Positions 37,339 to 50,737 of a stretch of 64,000 nucleotides of DNA are shown in pieces; positions within the stretch are counted from its first letter, which is position 1; each line of letters starts with the position of its first letter. The translations under genes and the position numbers were made by a program. The notes below the pieces were generated by a model, which was not told the origin of the DNA, did no database searches, and saw nothing but the letters and a program-made list of their open reading frames with translations. The DNA is from Glaucostegus cemiculus (lineage: Eukaryota), in NCBI GenBank assembly GCA_976551045.1, contig CDPCPM010000180.1:22568001-22632000 (forward strand), given 5' to 3'.

Positions 37339-37949
37339 TCTTTATTACTTAAGTCTAGTTAAACGATCGAGTGACCCAGAGTAGAACAATGTGGCCTTTA
37401 GGTTACAAATCCCTGTGTTACACACCATTTCTGACAGGCAAGCTATTAGGGCTTTGAAGATACAAGGTGAAATAGAAATCCATATTTTTTGTTTCCTTGG
37501 TCTTGTTATGTAGACAGAGAAGCATAGGTTAAAACAAAACAGCATACTATGAATTAATTCTGCAACCCCATGGTTACAAAGAAATGCAAGGTTGTCCCAA
37601 TCACTTGCAGCAACAACATTGTAATTGCAATGTGACAGATTTGCACACAATTCCCTTTCCAAATGTGGGCAACTGAGTTTATAACCAAGTTCATGCAGCA
37701 GAATGTTTCACTTTAAAATGGGGGGAAAATTAGATCCATGTCCCACATCAAACTTTCCACTGCCCTGCAACCCCTATTCATCTGCAGATGACAAGGATTT
37801 TCAATCCTTATGTAAAATGCTTCAGGAGATCAAAACCTCTATTTCTGAATTCAACTGAAGGGAAGGGATTCTAATATTTTGAATGGTGATAAATTTGTTG
37901 TTAGGATTCTGTAATAAAACTTTTTAATAAAGCTTAATTTAATGCACAG

Positions 37950-38860
37950 GTCAAAAAGGGAAAAAAAACCTGCAGATTTTAGACATTTGAGCTAAGAAGA
38001 GGGAATGCTGGAACTCACAGGGGGTCTGTAAAGATGGAAATGGTTAGTGTTTCAGACTGATGATCTTTCATTAGAATTAGCCTCAGAGATATGTTTTGAC
38101 AGGCGCAGGGTTAATAATGCTCAGAATTTCTCATCCCAGGACTGATGAAAGATCATCGGTCAAAAAAGTTAACTCTTTTTCTCTCTCTACAGATACTGCC
38201 TGACCTGCTGAGCATTTTCTGCTTTTACTTCAAGATATTGAACATGTTTGTGTATCATTAATTACAAGCAACAGAATTGATTTACCAACAGAAAATGCTG
38301 GGAAAACAGGCCAGGCAGCATCTGTGGAATGAGAAACAGTAATTCACTCTCCCCGTATCTTCATTGCTAACTAGACTAACCTGTTTCTCTCTTTCTCAGG
38401 TCTGATGAAGGGTCCCTCATCTGAAATGTTAACATCTTTCTAGTTCCACAGATGCTGTTTGACCTGCTGTGTTTTCTCAGCATTTTGACATCACGTTGGC
38501 TCAGTTTTTCTTATACTACTCGTTTAAGTCTGTCTTGATACACAGATCCCACAACCTAACTATTCCATTACTCCAATTAATTACACTAACACAACACATT
38601 ACACAGACCAAGAAGCTTAATACACTGGTAATTACCTCCATTAAACTATTTAGTCTCACCCTATCATAGACTTTCCTTTTGTTCCACACATCCCTCCCCA
38701 CCTGCTCTCCCTCTGAAAACTAACTTGTATCTCTCTTTTCCAGTTTTGACAAAGCAGACCTTAAATGTTGACTGTTTCTGTTTCCACAGATGCTGCCTGA
38801 CCTGCTGACTCTGTCCAGCACTTTATTTTTATTTCAGATTTCCAGCACCTGTCATTTAAA
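37950..38860. mobile_element. Cluster of PLE terminal-repeat remnants in both orientations
   Basis: At least five 'cagatgctgcctgacctgctg'-type units. CTGATGA cores at ~38142 and 38402. Confidence 0.65.
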
Positions 38861-40292
38861 AAAAAATCATGTCATATATACAGTTTTACAAACATGCAAT
38901 TCTAATCATAAATTACAATAACACACAAACATAATTGAAGCTATAGATTCTGATAGATGGCAAATAGTGTATTGTTAAAAATTAAGTATCTGGTGCAGCC
39001 ATATCCATTAAAATTATGAATCCAAGTTGAACATATTTGCAACAAGTTTCAGACCATGTTCTGAATTATTCCGGTTAGGCTAAAGAAAGATTGGATCTTC
39101 CATAATTAATGAAACCTTTTTGTATTATATAGTTGAAAACGTTCATTTGTCTGCAACATACCAGCTAGAAACAAGGAAGAGCAAATGCAAGGGCTGTTGT
39201 TATCAATCAAACCAACTTTCTTGATGACATTTTTAATCTGCAGTAAACGAATGACACTATGATCCTGAATGAAATTATCATCCCATGCTTATTTTTGTTT
39301 AATCTGTACCCTCATGAGTCTCAAAAGACAAACAAATAGCACCAATGGTTATGAGAATGAGACTCTATAACAGCACAAACACGTGAATCTGCAACAGCAG
39401 CAGGTCAGCAGTACACTTTCTTCAAGTGAATTAGGAGATTCTGGGATAAAATTCAGTGTTATTGATCTTGCCACAATTTCAATATTTGCCCATTGCCACT
39501 GTATACATTCCCCATCAAGGTTACTAATAATTTCAAAGTTTAGTTGAGTAGACACCTTTTCAAACAATGAAAACAAAATACTGCAAATATTCAGCAGGTC
39601 AGGCAGAACCTATGTAAAGGAAAGAAAACAGAGCTAATCGTTCTGACTCTTCGTCAGAACTGAGGAATTGAGAAAACAAGTTGGAATTGGTCTATATTGT
39701 CATTTGTACAGAGGTACAGTAAAAACCTTGTCTTGCATACTGTTCATACAGATCAATTCATTACACAGTGCACTGAGATAATGATTATAGTAGAAGAAAT
39801 GAGTGGATCTGCAGAGAGCAGCTTACAACAAGTCACCACGCTCTGGCGCCACCTTGCATCAAGTTGCAGAGCAGGTGGGGAAGGAATGGATAGGACAAGC
39901 AGTATCGCTGATAGGGTGAGGCCATGGTGACATCCTGTTTACAAAACTGTTCAGTCAAGCTTAAGGAAGTTATGGGGGATGGGGCTGGGGGAGGAGGTGG
40001 CCGGGGAGACAGTGAGATCATAGGTTCATATGACACAGAAACAGGCCTTTGGTTCTCTACATTCATGCTGGCTGTTTACGAAAATCCCACTTACCCGCAT
40101 TAGATCCACAGCCTTCTATGCCTTGGCAATTCAAGGACTTGTCCAGATACTTCTAAAATGTACTGAGTGTATCTGCCTCCACCACCTCCTCAAGCAAGAC
40201 CTGCATAAAAACTGTGAAATGCAGGTAGATCTGTGACAGAGAAGTGAAACCAAGAGGAGAATATGGGAAATGGTTAGCAGATCAGGCAGAGC

Positions 40293-40393
40293 AGAGACAG
40301 AGAGAGTGTGTGAGAGAGAGAGAGAGTGAGAGAGAGAGAGAGAGAGAGAGCACGAGAGGGGGAGGGAGAGGGAGAGAGAGAGAGGGAGAGAGA
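40293..40393 (+). repeat. (GA)n compound microsatellite
   Basis: ~100 bp of GA repeats with GT and GG interruptions. Confidence 0.95.
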
Positions 40394-40949
40394 TTTGTCT
40401 TTGCTTTTTAAAATAACAAGAATAGTTAGAATGTGGAGCATGTAGCAATGAACAGGCATTGTTGTTCTTAAAGGGAATCCAGATAAACATGAGGAAGAAA
40501 GCAATACAAAAATATATTGATGCAACTGGAAGGGAAAAGGAGAGTGGGAAAAGTCTCGCATACTGTAGAATATAAGCTGACAGAGAAGTGATGGAAAGAA
40601 AGACTTGCTTTGTTGTAAATACCATGTAATATAGTGCAAGGTACTTCACAATAAAAAGTTGTCATTAAGCATCAGGGAAGGAAAGCTTGGTCACAGGGGT
40701 GGTTTTAAAGATGTTCATAGAGGAGAGAAAAGCAGGAAGGTGGGAGATTTAGAAATGGAATTCCACAAGTCCTCTGGCCATGAAGATGGAGAGAAAGAGA
40801 AGGAAGGAACTTCCTGCAGGTGGCAGCTGTCCTCTGAGAGAATGTCTGTTTCGTTGTGAATGGCATTCCTGAGTCACCTCTTGACCTTTAAGTCTATGGT
40901 AGAGAAATTTGAGAATATGTCATCATTAAAAAGGAGTCATCAGATGTCA

Positions 40950-42735
40950 CAGCAGGGCTTACATGGTGGATAAATCCCCATTGTCTGGTGGGATGCATCT
41001 CAGACTGCTATGAGAAGCAAGGAAGAAGACTACAAGGGCCCCAATGGAAATTTTTTAACTCTTCACAAGCTATAGGTAGGTGCTAGATCAATGGAGGACA
41101 GCAAATGTGATGCCTTTATTCAAGGAGAGCAGCAGAGATAAGCCATGTGATTACAGGCCAGTGAGTTTAGCATTATTGGTAGGTAGGTTATTGGAAAAAA
41201 AACTGAGGGATAGGATTAATCTATACATGGAAGAGGGAGGTATTATTCAAAGAGCATGGTTTTATTACGGAAAGATCCTGTCTGATTAATTTGATTGAAT
41301 TTTTTGAATAGGTAACAAAGTGTATTTAAGAGGGTAATGCAGTTGATATCATCTACATGGACTTTAGTACTGCCTTTGATGAAGTCCCACATGGGAACCT
41401 GGTTGAAAAGGTTAGAGCTCACGGGGTCTAGGGAAAGTTGACAGATTGGATGCAAAGCAGATTTTGCCGATGGATGGTTGTTGCTGTGATGTTGGAAGCC
41501 TATGACCACTGGTGTACCACAAGGATTGGTGCTGGGATCATTTGTTTTTTTTTAAATACATCAACAATTTGGATGTGAATTTGGAGGTATGATCAGTGAG
41601 TTTGCAGATGACATAAATATTGCTGGGATTGCCAGCAGTGAGGAGAGTAGTCTTAGGCTACAGGAAATATTGATTGATCAGTAAATGCAGAACAACAGCA
41701 GATAAAATTTAATTCTGTTAAGAGCAAGACGACACACTTTGGAAGGCCAAGGATAGGGCAAACACAATGAATAGAGAGCATTGAGGAACTGAAGGACCTT
41801 GGTGTACATGTTCAAGGATCCCTTAAGATGGCAGTATAGGTAGATAAATTGGCTAAGAAGACATATGGGATACTTGCCTTCATTAGCCAAGGCACAGAAC
41901 AAAAGAGGAGGGAGGCTATGGTACATCTCTATAAGCCATAGCACAAGTATAGTGTGTGTTTCTGGTCACCAAATTATAGGAAGGATGTAGCTGCACTGTG
42001 AGGGTGCAGAAGAGATTTTTGTAAAATTTTTGTAAAATTTTATTTACAGCGTGGTAACGGGCCCTTTCGGCCCAACGAGTCTGCGCCGCCCATTTTAAAC
42101 CCCCAAATTAACCTACCCGTACGTGTTTTTTTTTTACAATGTGGGAGGAAACTGGAGCACCCAGAGGAAACCCACACAGACACGGGAGAACGTACAAACT
42201 CCTTACAGTCAGCGACGGGACTCGAACCCCGATCGCTGGCGCTGTAACAGCATTGCGCTAACCGCTATGCTATCGTGCCGGCCCAAGATTTACCAAGATG
42301 TTACCTGGGATGGAGTGTTTCATTCATGAGAAGGGACTGGAGAAGTTGGGTTTGCTTTCCTCAGAACAGACAAGATAGAGGGGAACCTAAATGAGATGTA
42401 GAAAATTGAGGGGCACAGAGAGGCTACAGAGTAAAATAGATTTCCCCATGGTAGAGAGGTGTCTAAAACTAGAGGACAGAAGTTTAAAGTAGGGGTAAAT
42501 GATTTAGAGAGGACCTCATGAAGAATTTTTTCACTGAGAGGTGTGGTTGCCATCTGGAAGGCACTACCTGAGGCGGCGGTGGAGGTCTCACATTAGACAA
42601 ACACCTGAACTGCCAAGACACAGGAGATTATGGACCAAGTGCTGGTAACTGGGATTACTATAGTTGGGTGCTTGATCAGAAACATTGATATGGTGGGCTG
42701 AAGGGCCTATTTCAACATTGTATGGCTCTATATCT
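40950..42735 (+). mobile_element. Degraded CR1 RT and tail, interrupted by a SINE
   Basis: WRTANVMPLFKESSRDKPCDYRPVSL. FADD at ~41600. CR1 tail at ~42700. Confidence 0.85.
42019..42285 (-). mobile_element. Young tRNA-derived V-SINE (HE1-like) with CR1-type tail
   Basis: A box TAGCATAGCGG, B box GGTTCGAGTCC, V-domain 'gtgggtttcctctgggtgctccagtttcctcccac'. CpG-rich. TSD AGATTT at 42013-42018 and 42286-42291. Confidence 0.88.
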
Positions 42736-44562
42736 GCTCTTGAATCAATGGATTATCCCTTTCATTGCCCGCACTGGAAGGACTACAAAATACTAGCAGG
42801 CAAAAAAATATATTTTAGAATTCTTATAACAAGACAACACACAATTATGTTTTATTAATATTAACACTCATAGACTGAGATCACAACATGCTTTCTTGGC
42901 CAATCAAAGACCAAGTTCATTCAGTGCACAGCTGAAGTACGCATGCGTTGCAAAGTGTACATATGAGAAATTAATGCATCTCCCTACCAGTAAATGTGAT
43001 GCTTGGAGATGCAGAAACTTCTTAATAGTTTATGAGCAGGGACCTATTAAGAATTTAGTGTCCTTGGTATCAGTAGTGAAAGAATATTTATGTGCAACGC
43101 TAACTTGCTCCTAAGTGCAATACTTTGTTCATATAGATGTAGCTCAGAGGTGCATCCTTATTAAAATTTAGTGATGTAATCTTTGAGAAACTGCAGAGAT
43201 ACAACACATTTGCTATTTTTGATAAAATATCCATAATACGATAAATAACCAGAAAACAATTGAAACAAAAAGACAATGTGGCAAGAACACTTGCACAGAG
43301 ACCTTATTTTGTTCATACTATGACTTATGAAGAGCTACAAATGGATCATAGCGTCACTAAAATGCATTGTTTTATCATTTCTTAAATTCTTCAGTTCCTT
43401 TCTAGATCTTCCAGTCTTATACAGTATCAGTGATGTGTATATGTAAAATTCCATCTAGCCCTCAGCTTACTGTCATCCATACAAAGTTGACACAAATGTC
43501 TTAATGTGTGAGAGCTAAATATTTCATTATAGCAATTCTGGCACTGCATGTATTCCCAGCCTGGAAGACTCAGATGATTAATGGCTGCACAAATATGGGC
43601 TGGGAGATTGTAATTCTAGGATCAGTGCTCCCAATGAAACACCAGAACCAACACAGTAAGACATTCACCCCTTATTTCCATTGCATCGCTGTACTAAGAA
43701 TCAGAGTAAAGGCCAGGCTTTGCACATATTAGGTAAAAAGCACTGGAAGGAAAATCATCACGGCTCTGCCCTCTATTAAATCTCTGCAAGCTTAAGGCCA
43801 TGCAATTTTCTGGCATCTTTAAATGAGTGTATTATGCCTACATTAGCAAAACTGATGAGTCTTAATGAATTTATTAGCCACGCTACACTGAAAACCACGA
43901 ACAACCCAGCAATAATGGACACAGCTCGTAACATTAAAGGGGACCCTGTCAATCCTTCAGGTTATTCCATAGTGCTTCCAAAGTACTGCATAGTTCAACA
44001 GCCAGAAAAGGAAAGCTTCCCTGCATGGTGAAATACCAATTAGTCCAATAGTACAGCTCTGCACTGCATTATGTCTCTTCACACCACCATTGTTTCTAGG
44101 CTTTCTTCATTTTGAAAGTGCCCTGTTCTATAATGTTCAACTCCAAAGTAGATCACCTCACAAATGCCTACACTGCAAATCATTTACCCCAGTACAAGCT
44201 TTCTCATTCTATCTTTTCCTTTACAGATGCACTCATCACAAGATAATTCTCTCCTTCACAATGAGCAGGTCTGCCACATCCTTTTGCAGTATTACATTAC
44301 GGCCAGTTAATTCACTGTGAATTATGAGAACCAGAAAACTCTGCTGGTGTGGGTGGGGGGAGAAGGATTTTAACTTCAAGGAGAGCTGCTTTTGAGACGT
44401 AAGTAAAAGAAATGGAGCCTATCCACTCATATTCGTCTCTCGCAGAGATGTTTGGTGCCAGGCAACTAATCCACTTACAGGAATAATTTCAAGGTTTTTA
44501 ACCCATGGATGCTAGACTTTCAGGATTCAGAAAACTTGCATGTAAAAGAGCTGAATCTATCC

Positions 44563-46826
44563 GGGACAGGTGAATGATCTACTGGTGGGTGAGCATTTGG
44601 GGGACAGTGACCATTGCTCCATAACCTTTAAAATTGTCATGGACAGGGATAGGTGCAGAGAGGACAGGAAGATATTTAATTGGGGAAGGGTGAACTATGA
44701 GGCTATAAGGAGAGAACTTGGGAGTGTAAAGTGGGATGTCCTTTTTGAAGAGAAGTGTACTATGGAGATGTGGACGATGTTCAGGGATCTTTTACAGGTT
44801 GTTAGGGATAAATATGTCCCGGTGAGGCAGAGAAGGAATGGCAGGGTGATAAGAGAGGTTGAACAACTGATTAGGAAGAAGAAGGCAGCATTCATAAGGT
44901 GTAAGCAACAAGGCTCAGACAGGGCCCATGAGGAATATAGTGTAGCAAGGAAGGAACTTAAGAAAGGGCTGAGGAGAGCTAGAAGGGGACATGAAAAGGC
45001 GTTGGCTAGTAGGGTTAAGGAGAATCCCAAGGCTTTTTTCACGTACGTGAAGGGCAGAAGGATGGCTAGGGTAAAGGTAGGTCCGATTAAAGACAAAGAT
45101 GGGAGGATGTGCCTGGAGGTGGCAGAAGTGTGGGAAGTTCTCAATGAATACTTCTCTTCGGTATTCACCAAGGAGTGGGGTCTTGTTGACGTTGTAGAGA
45201 GTGTTGGTAAGGGTAATGTTCTTGAGTATGTAGATATCAAGAGAGAGGATGTGTTGAAGTTGTTAAATAATATCAAGACAGATAAGTCTCCAGGGCCTGA
45301 CAGAATATTCCCCAGGTTGCTTCGAGAGGTGAGGGAAGAGATTGTTGAACCACTGGTAAGGATCTTTGAGTCCTTGTTGTCCACGGGGATGGTACCGGAG
45401 CATTGGAGGGTGGCAAATGTTGTCCCCTTGTTCAAAAAAGGTATTAGGGATAGTCCAGGGAATTACAGACCAGTGAGTCTTACAACTGTGGTGGGTAAGC
45501 TGTTAGAAAGGATTCTAAGGGATAGGATCGATGAACGCCTAGAGAATCACAGACTGATTAGAGACAGCCATCATGGCGCTGTGAAGGGAAGATCTTGCCT
45601 CACAAGCCTGATAGAGTTCTTTGAAGAGGTGACGAGGAAGATTGATGAAGGCAGTGTGGTGGATGTGGTCTACGTGGATTTTAGTAAGGCATTGATAAGG
45701 TTCCTTGTGGTAGGATTCTTCAGAAGGTCAGAGGTCAAGGGATCCAGGGAAGCTTGGCTGTGTGGATTAGGAATCTGCTTGCCTGTAGAAAGCAGAGGGT
45801 TGTGGTGGAGGGAGTACCCTCGGATTGGAGGACTGTGACTAGTGGTGTCCCGCAGGGATCGGTTCTGGGACCTCTACTTTTTGTTATATTTATAGATGAC
45901 TTAGATGAGGGAATAGAAGGATGGGTTAGTAAGTTTGCAGATGACACTAAGATCGGTGGTGTGGTGGATAGTGTGGAGGGATGTTGGAGCTTACAGAGGG
46001 ATATTGATAGGATGCAGAGCTGGGCAGACAAGTGGCAGATGGAGTTCAATCCGGAGAAGTGTGAGGTGATACACTTTGGAAGGACAAACTCCAGGGCAGA
46101 GTACAAGGTAAATGGCAAGGTACTTGGCAGTGTAGAGGAGCAGAGGGATCTGGGGGTTCATATCCACAGTTCACTGAAAGTTGCCTCGCAGGTGGATAGG
46201 GCAGTTAAGAAGGCCTATGGGATGTTAGCTTTCATAAATCATGGGATTGAGTTTAAGAGCCGTGAAGTGATGATGCAGCTCTACAAAACTCTAGTTAGAC
46301 CACACTTAGAGTACTGCGTTCAGTTCTGGTCGCCGCATTATAGGAAGGATGTGGAGGTGTTGGAGAGGGTACAGAGGAGATTTACCAGGATGCTGCCTGG
46401 ATTAGAGAGTATGGAATATGAGGAGAGGTTTAAAGTGCTAGGGCTTTACTCATAAGAGAGGAGGAGGATGAGAGGAGACTTGATAGAGGTGTATAAAATA
46501 TTGAGATGAATAGATAGAGTAGACAGCCAGTGCCTCTTTCCCAGGGCAACAATGCTCAAGACAAGAGGGCATGGCTTTAAGGTTATGGGTGGGAAGTTCA
46601 GGGGAGATGTCAGAGGGAGGTTTTTCACCTAGAGAGTGGTTGGTGCATGGAATGCACTGCCTGGGGTGGTGGTGGAGGCAGATACATTGGACAGACATAT
46701 GGTGGAATGTGGGATAGAGGGATACGTGGGAGGAAAGGGTTAGATAGTAAGGTGTGGTTTGATGGATGGCACAACATGGTGGGCCGAAGGGCTTGTATTA
46801 TGCTGTATTGTTCTATGGTTCTATGG
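44563..46826 (+). mobile_element. Relatively young 5'-truncated CR1 LINE (2.3 kb)
   Basis: Long ORF2 pieces and a tail ending (ttctatgg)2. Possible TSD TATCC at 44558-44562 and 46827-46831. Confidence 0.92.
44570..46690 (+). pseudogene. CR1 ORF2 (endonuclease end + RT), disrupted
   Basis: GEHLGDSDH, KSPGPD, NYRPVSLT, GVPQGSVLGP, FADD. 1-bp deletion in KAFDK at ~45692. Stops at 46453 and ~46507. Confidence 0.9.
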
Positions 46827-47990
46827 TATCCTGGAAGGGAACTAGCAGCAGTTTTGTGGGTCATAATAACAAGTTTTTTGTCCATGTACACCACAACCCA
46901 CATCTGACCCAACCTCTAATCTTAGACTCCCCATACACCCTCTCACATTGTACAATTTCAGAACCCACAACACTTCCCCATCACCTCAACAATTTGCTCT
47001 AGTCTCCCAGTCCTTCTAAATCCTACCACCCTCCAAGACTTCTCTACCTGCACAATTCCACCTTCCTCCCCTCACCACTGACTCACTGCATTATTTGCAA
47101 TATACCACTTGTTTGACCTCTGCTCCCAGTCACCTTCCTCCCCATAGATCTGCCTATCAATCAAGTTGGGCATAGGATGAAATTTAAAGGGCACTCTGCA
47201 ATTAATCCTCCTCTAGCTCTCATCCAAGCTCAAGTAAATATTGGAGCCCATGTGACTTTACTATAATGAAAACTGTTTACTAAATATGCACACTGTCCAA
47301 CTTAATTATTCTGAATGCAATAAAATGCTGAGAGAATATGTATATAGACAATATGAAGGAAGCAGACCAAGGTGCCATGTTATTAACCACAAATTAGGAG
47401 GGTATGGATTAGCACTCATCTTGGCACAAGTTTGGATGTACTGAGTTATGACTGGATGAACTTGCAGCAGAAACGAATGAAATTCATGGGCAGGTGAACA
47501 TGAGCCACTCTTGTACATTAGCAAATCACTGAGCAGAACAACATGTTTCCAGGTAGGGTTACACAGTGTGAAAGCCAGAACTTTTTAAATGGGCACGTGG
47601 GGAGTACAAAGTAATTGTGATTATAGGTGGTACTTTAAAGACAATTCTTTGGAGTGGTTGTGAGGAATTAATCTACTTGCAAGGTGCAGATAACATTGCT
47701 TCAAATTTTGAACATAAATTCTAAAGCAGTTCTGTTCATTTAACAAAGACAACTGTTCACTTCTCGAGCCTTTATGTGTACAGAAGCATGAGTATTCCTG
47801 TTAATGATGATGTTCAGACAGCATAATATTATTGTAGGTAATTTACTGCTGAATATATGGAAGTATGTGCCTAGGAAAAAAAGTCTGCCTTGAAATGGGG
47901 GCTCAGGGAGTCCCGAGGAACAAAATCGCCCAACACTGATTGCTTCTAAACTCAGAACATCGAAGGGGCACAACAGACATTAGGCATTAA

Positions 47991-48080
47991 AACAGAAAAT
48001 GCTGGAAACCCTCAGCAGTTCAGGCCTCACCTGTGGGAAGAACAGAGTAACATTTCAGGTTGAAAAGCCTCCATCAGAGC
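47991..48080 (-). mobile_element. 90-bp PLE-derived insertion with hammerhead-like core
   Basis: Minus strand CTGATGG-AGG..CCT-GAAA-TGTT. Flanking repeats ttaggcattaa (47980-47990) and tttggcattaa (48081-48091). Confidence 0.65.
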
Positions 48081-50737
48081 TTTGGCATTAATGCTCAGTT
48101 GCACATGACAAGTGTCTGCACCTGATTCAAACACGAGTACTGGATGCCACTGTGGTTAAAACCATATGGCATACAGCCACTTCTCACTTGGAATGAACAT
48201 ACATTGTCCAGACTCCATACAGTGGCTGTTAAGTGGCAGAAGAAAGGGCACTGTGAAGCTACTTTTCTCAGTCTTTTTCTCTAGAACATTTTTGTTTACA
48301 TATAGATATGGTTTATTTTCTTTTAAACTAGAATCTGATGTTCTGCACTGTGTGGGGATAGGATAAACTGCATGTCTGCAAAATTGTGCATGTCTCCATG
48401 TAGACACATTTTCCCAACCAATCATTTTCTGTTTTCAGCCATCACCAGTTGATTCAGTCCTTATGGGTACAGACTGTGAGAAAGGGACTCTTGTCAGAAA
48501 ATTGGTCAATGTCCCAGCATGAGAAAGGTAGTATCATAGAAACATGCAACACAGAAATGGGTCTTTTCGGCCCATCTTGTCCATACCAGCTGTGATCCTA
48601 TCTACATTAATCCAATTTACATCATGTATTATTGAATAGACTTTGCACACAAGGCCAAGCAATCCAATGTCTAGTGCTCTGCATTAGTTCAGTTTCAAAA
48701 ACAGAATTCTAAGGATCCTAGAAAATACATACCACTGAGAAAGGCTATTCTGCCCAACCAGTACATGCCCATTCAAGCCTCTTCTAATCCCTACCTTATC
48801 CAACTTTATTAAATCACCATTTCCCCCACTTTACTTCATCTTTTCTATTCACTTCAATCCTCCTCTGAGGCAGTGATTTGCACATTCTTATCACTCTGAC
48901 TGGTTGTTCCCAAAAATTGGGAAACATTCTATAATATGTCCTTAGCCTCTCTCTTCACGATAGAAAAACATCCACCCTGTTCCTGATGTTGGTTAACTTC
49001 TTATCATTTGGCTTTGCGTCTTTTCCCAACAAGTTATTTAATGTTAACTAATACTTATGCTGCCCCCTTTTTTGGATTATTTTGCAATGGTACAAAATGT
49101 CCAGACCAGGAGGTTTATCCATCTTGAATTTGCATATTTCAGAGATAGAAGTCTGAAAAATTGCCCATTTCCCTGAATTGTGCATGATTGGGAGCATTTC
49201 CAGGTCAACTAATACCTTCCACATTAAACACTCTTTGTGGAATTAGGTCACTTTGTACCCAGGACTGGCTGTTGTTAAACACTTACAGAACAGTTTTTAT
49301 AGCACTGCTCCTTCTGCAACAGTGTTATTTAAAGGAAGCTTCCTAGAACAGGCTCTAGCTCAGCACTGGTTAGCATTCTAACCTCTCTCATTTTATTTTA
49401 CTTTACCTTTCTATTCCCCACCAGTGAGCCAACCCTGAGCCACTGATAACCTCAGTTGAAGATACCTATCACCATCCCTCAGTGAGTGAGGTCCTGATTT
49501 CTGGGCACCTTCCATGAAAAAGTGATCTCCTGCTGACCCTCCACAAAGGCACAATCATACACCTTACTGCTGGCCCTTTTGTAACTTCAGTCCACCAGAT
49601 CAGATCTCAGCCATGAGATAGCCTTGAACAATCATCAGTGCACTGTTCAACTGCCCTCCATCACACCATTTAAACTGCAAGCAAATCTTTAGAGCTGTGT
49701 TCGCACTTGACATCATCCCATGTGTTCATGTACTCAGTATTAACTTTTAACCTTTCCCTTACTTTTTCCCTTTTGCCCATAGTGTCTGTTATATTTGGTT
49801 TATTTTTGCATTTCAAAAGGAATAGTTATTGAACCTGAACTTTGTTGAATGCCATAAAATGTTTTCATTGTGTTCAACTTCATTGGTGCCAAAGTAATCA
49901 CTCATTTTATCTTCATGTTCTCCAATCCTTTACCATAGTTGTCATGATGCTCATGTGCCATGAATGGTGGTTTGATCAATTCTTATGTTGATGAAGCAGC
50001 GGCACTCTGGGATCCCACTGGCAAATTCAGGTGCTTAATTCGCACCATGTTCTCTGTCCCACCATTTCTTCACATTGTTCCTGTAGGGATATGTGCTCTG
50101 TTCTTGGAGCTGCTCTAGGATAGCAACTTGAAACTTGCCCCAGTGAAAAAAATTGGGAATACTCATTGAAGTGACATACAGAATGGGGTTATGAAGTGCC
50201 AGCAGCAACCGCAGAGAAAGTAGATCAAAGTACTTCTGCAAGAAGAGAATCCCATGAATAACTGGGAAAGTGTTGGATGCAGAAAACAGGAGAGTGAACT
50301 GACCAGAGACCTGATATTAGCCTTTGGAGAAGTTGATTGGCTCCAACTTAGCGGAACATTTGACTCTGAACTGTGTTTTTAGGATGGCTCACTGTAATGA
50401 TAAAATGAATTTTAAGAATAAAGTTACAACTGTAAGTATTGACTTCACCAATGGAAAATGCCCCAGAAATATGCTACTAATGAAAACAGTGAATATTTGG
50501 AAGGAATAAGGACAATTCTCTCATAACATGGTTAATTACTATTCCACTGCCCTGTCTCTCCCTCTTAAGAGCAAGGAAAATGGAACACTTCAGATATGTT
50601 TAAGTTTCAGAGCGCAAGGAAACAAATTTTACAAGGTGATCCTTCAACACAAATATAGCCACATAAGCACACAGCAGGCCTCCTTTTTCTTAGGCAGACC
50701 TTTGGGGTCAAGGACAAGCGCAGGCATGGTAGTGTAG

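Noticed and set aside
37950-38860. Recurring short repeats that might suggest a CRISPR-like array
   Set aside because: Irregular spacing, mixed orientation and eukaryotic context. These are PLE remnants.
40131-40649. 172-aa ORF with an SL repeat
   Set aside because: Kept open by the (GA)n microsatellite.
42200-42285. tRNA-like sequence (also 50740-50810)
   Set aside because: It is a SINE head continuing into the V-domain, not a tRNA gene.
43850-43900. CTGATGAG ... GAAA hammerhead-like spacing
   Set aside because: Stems I-III do not close and there is no PLE context. Likely chance.
44695-46118. 246-aa and 127-aa minus-strand ORFs (also plus-strand ORFs within 2069-5520)
   Set aside because: Antisense shadows of CR1 ORF2, caused by its compositional bias.
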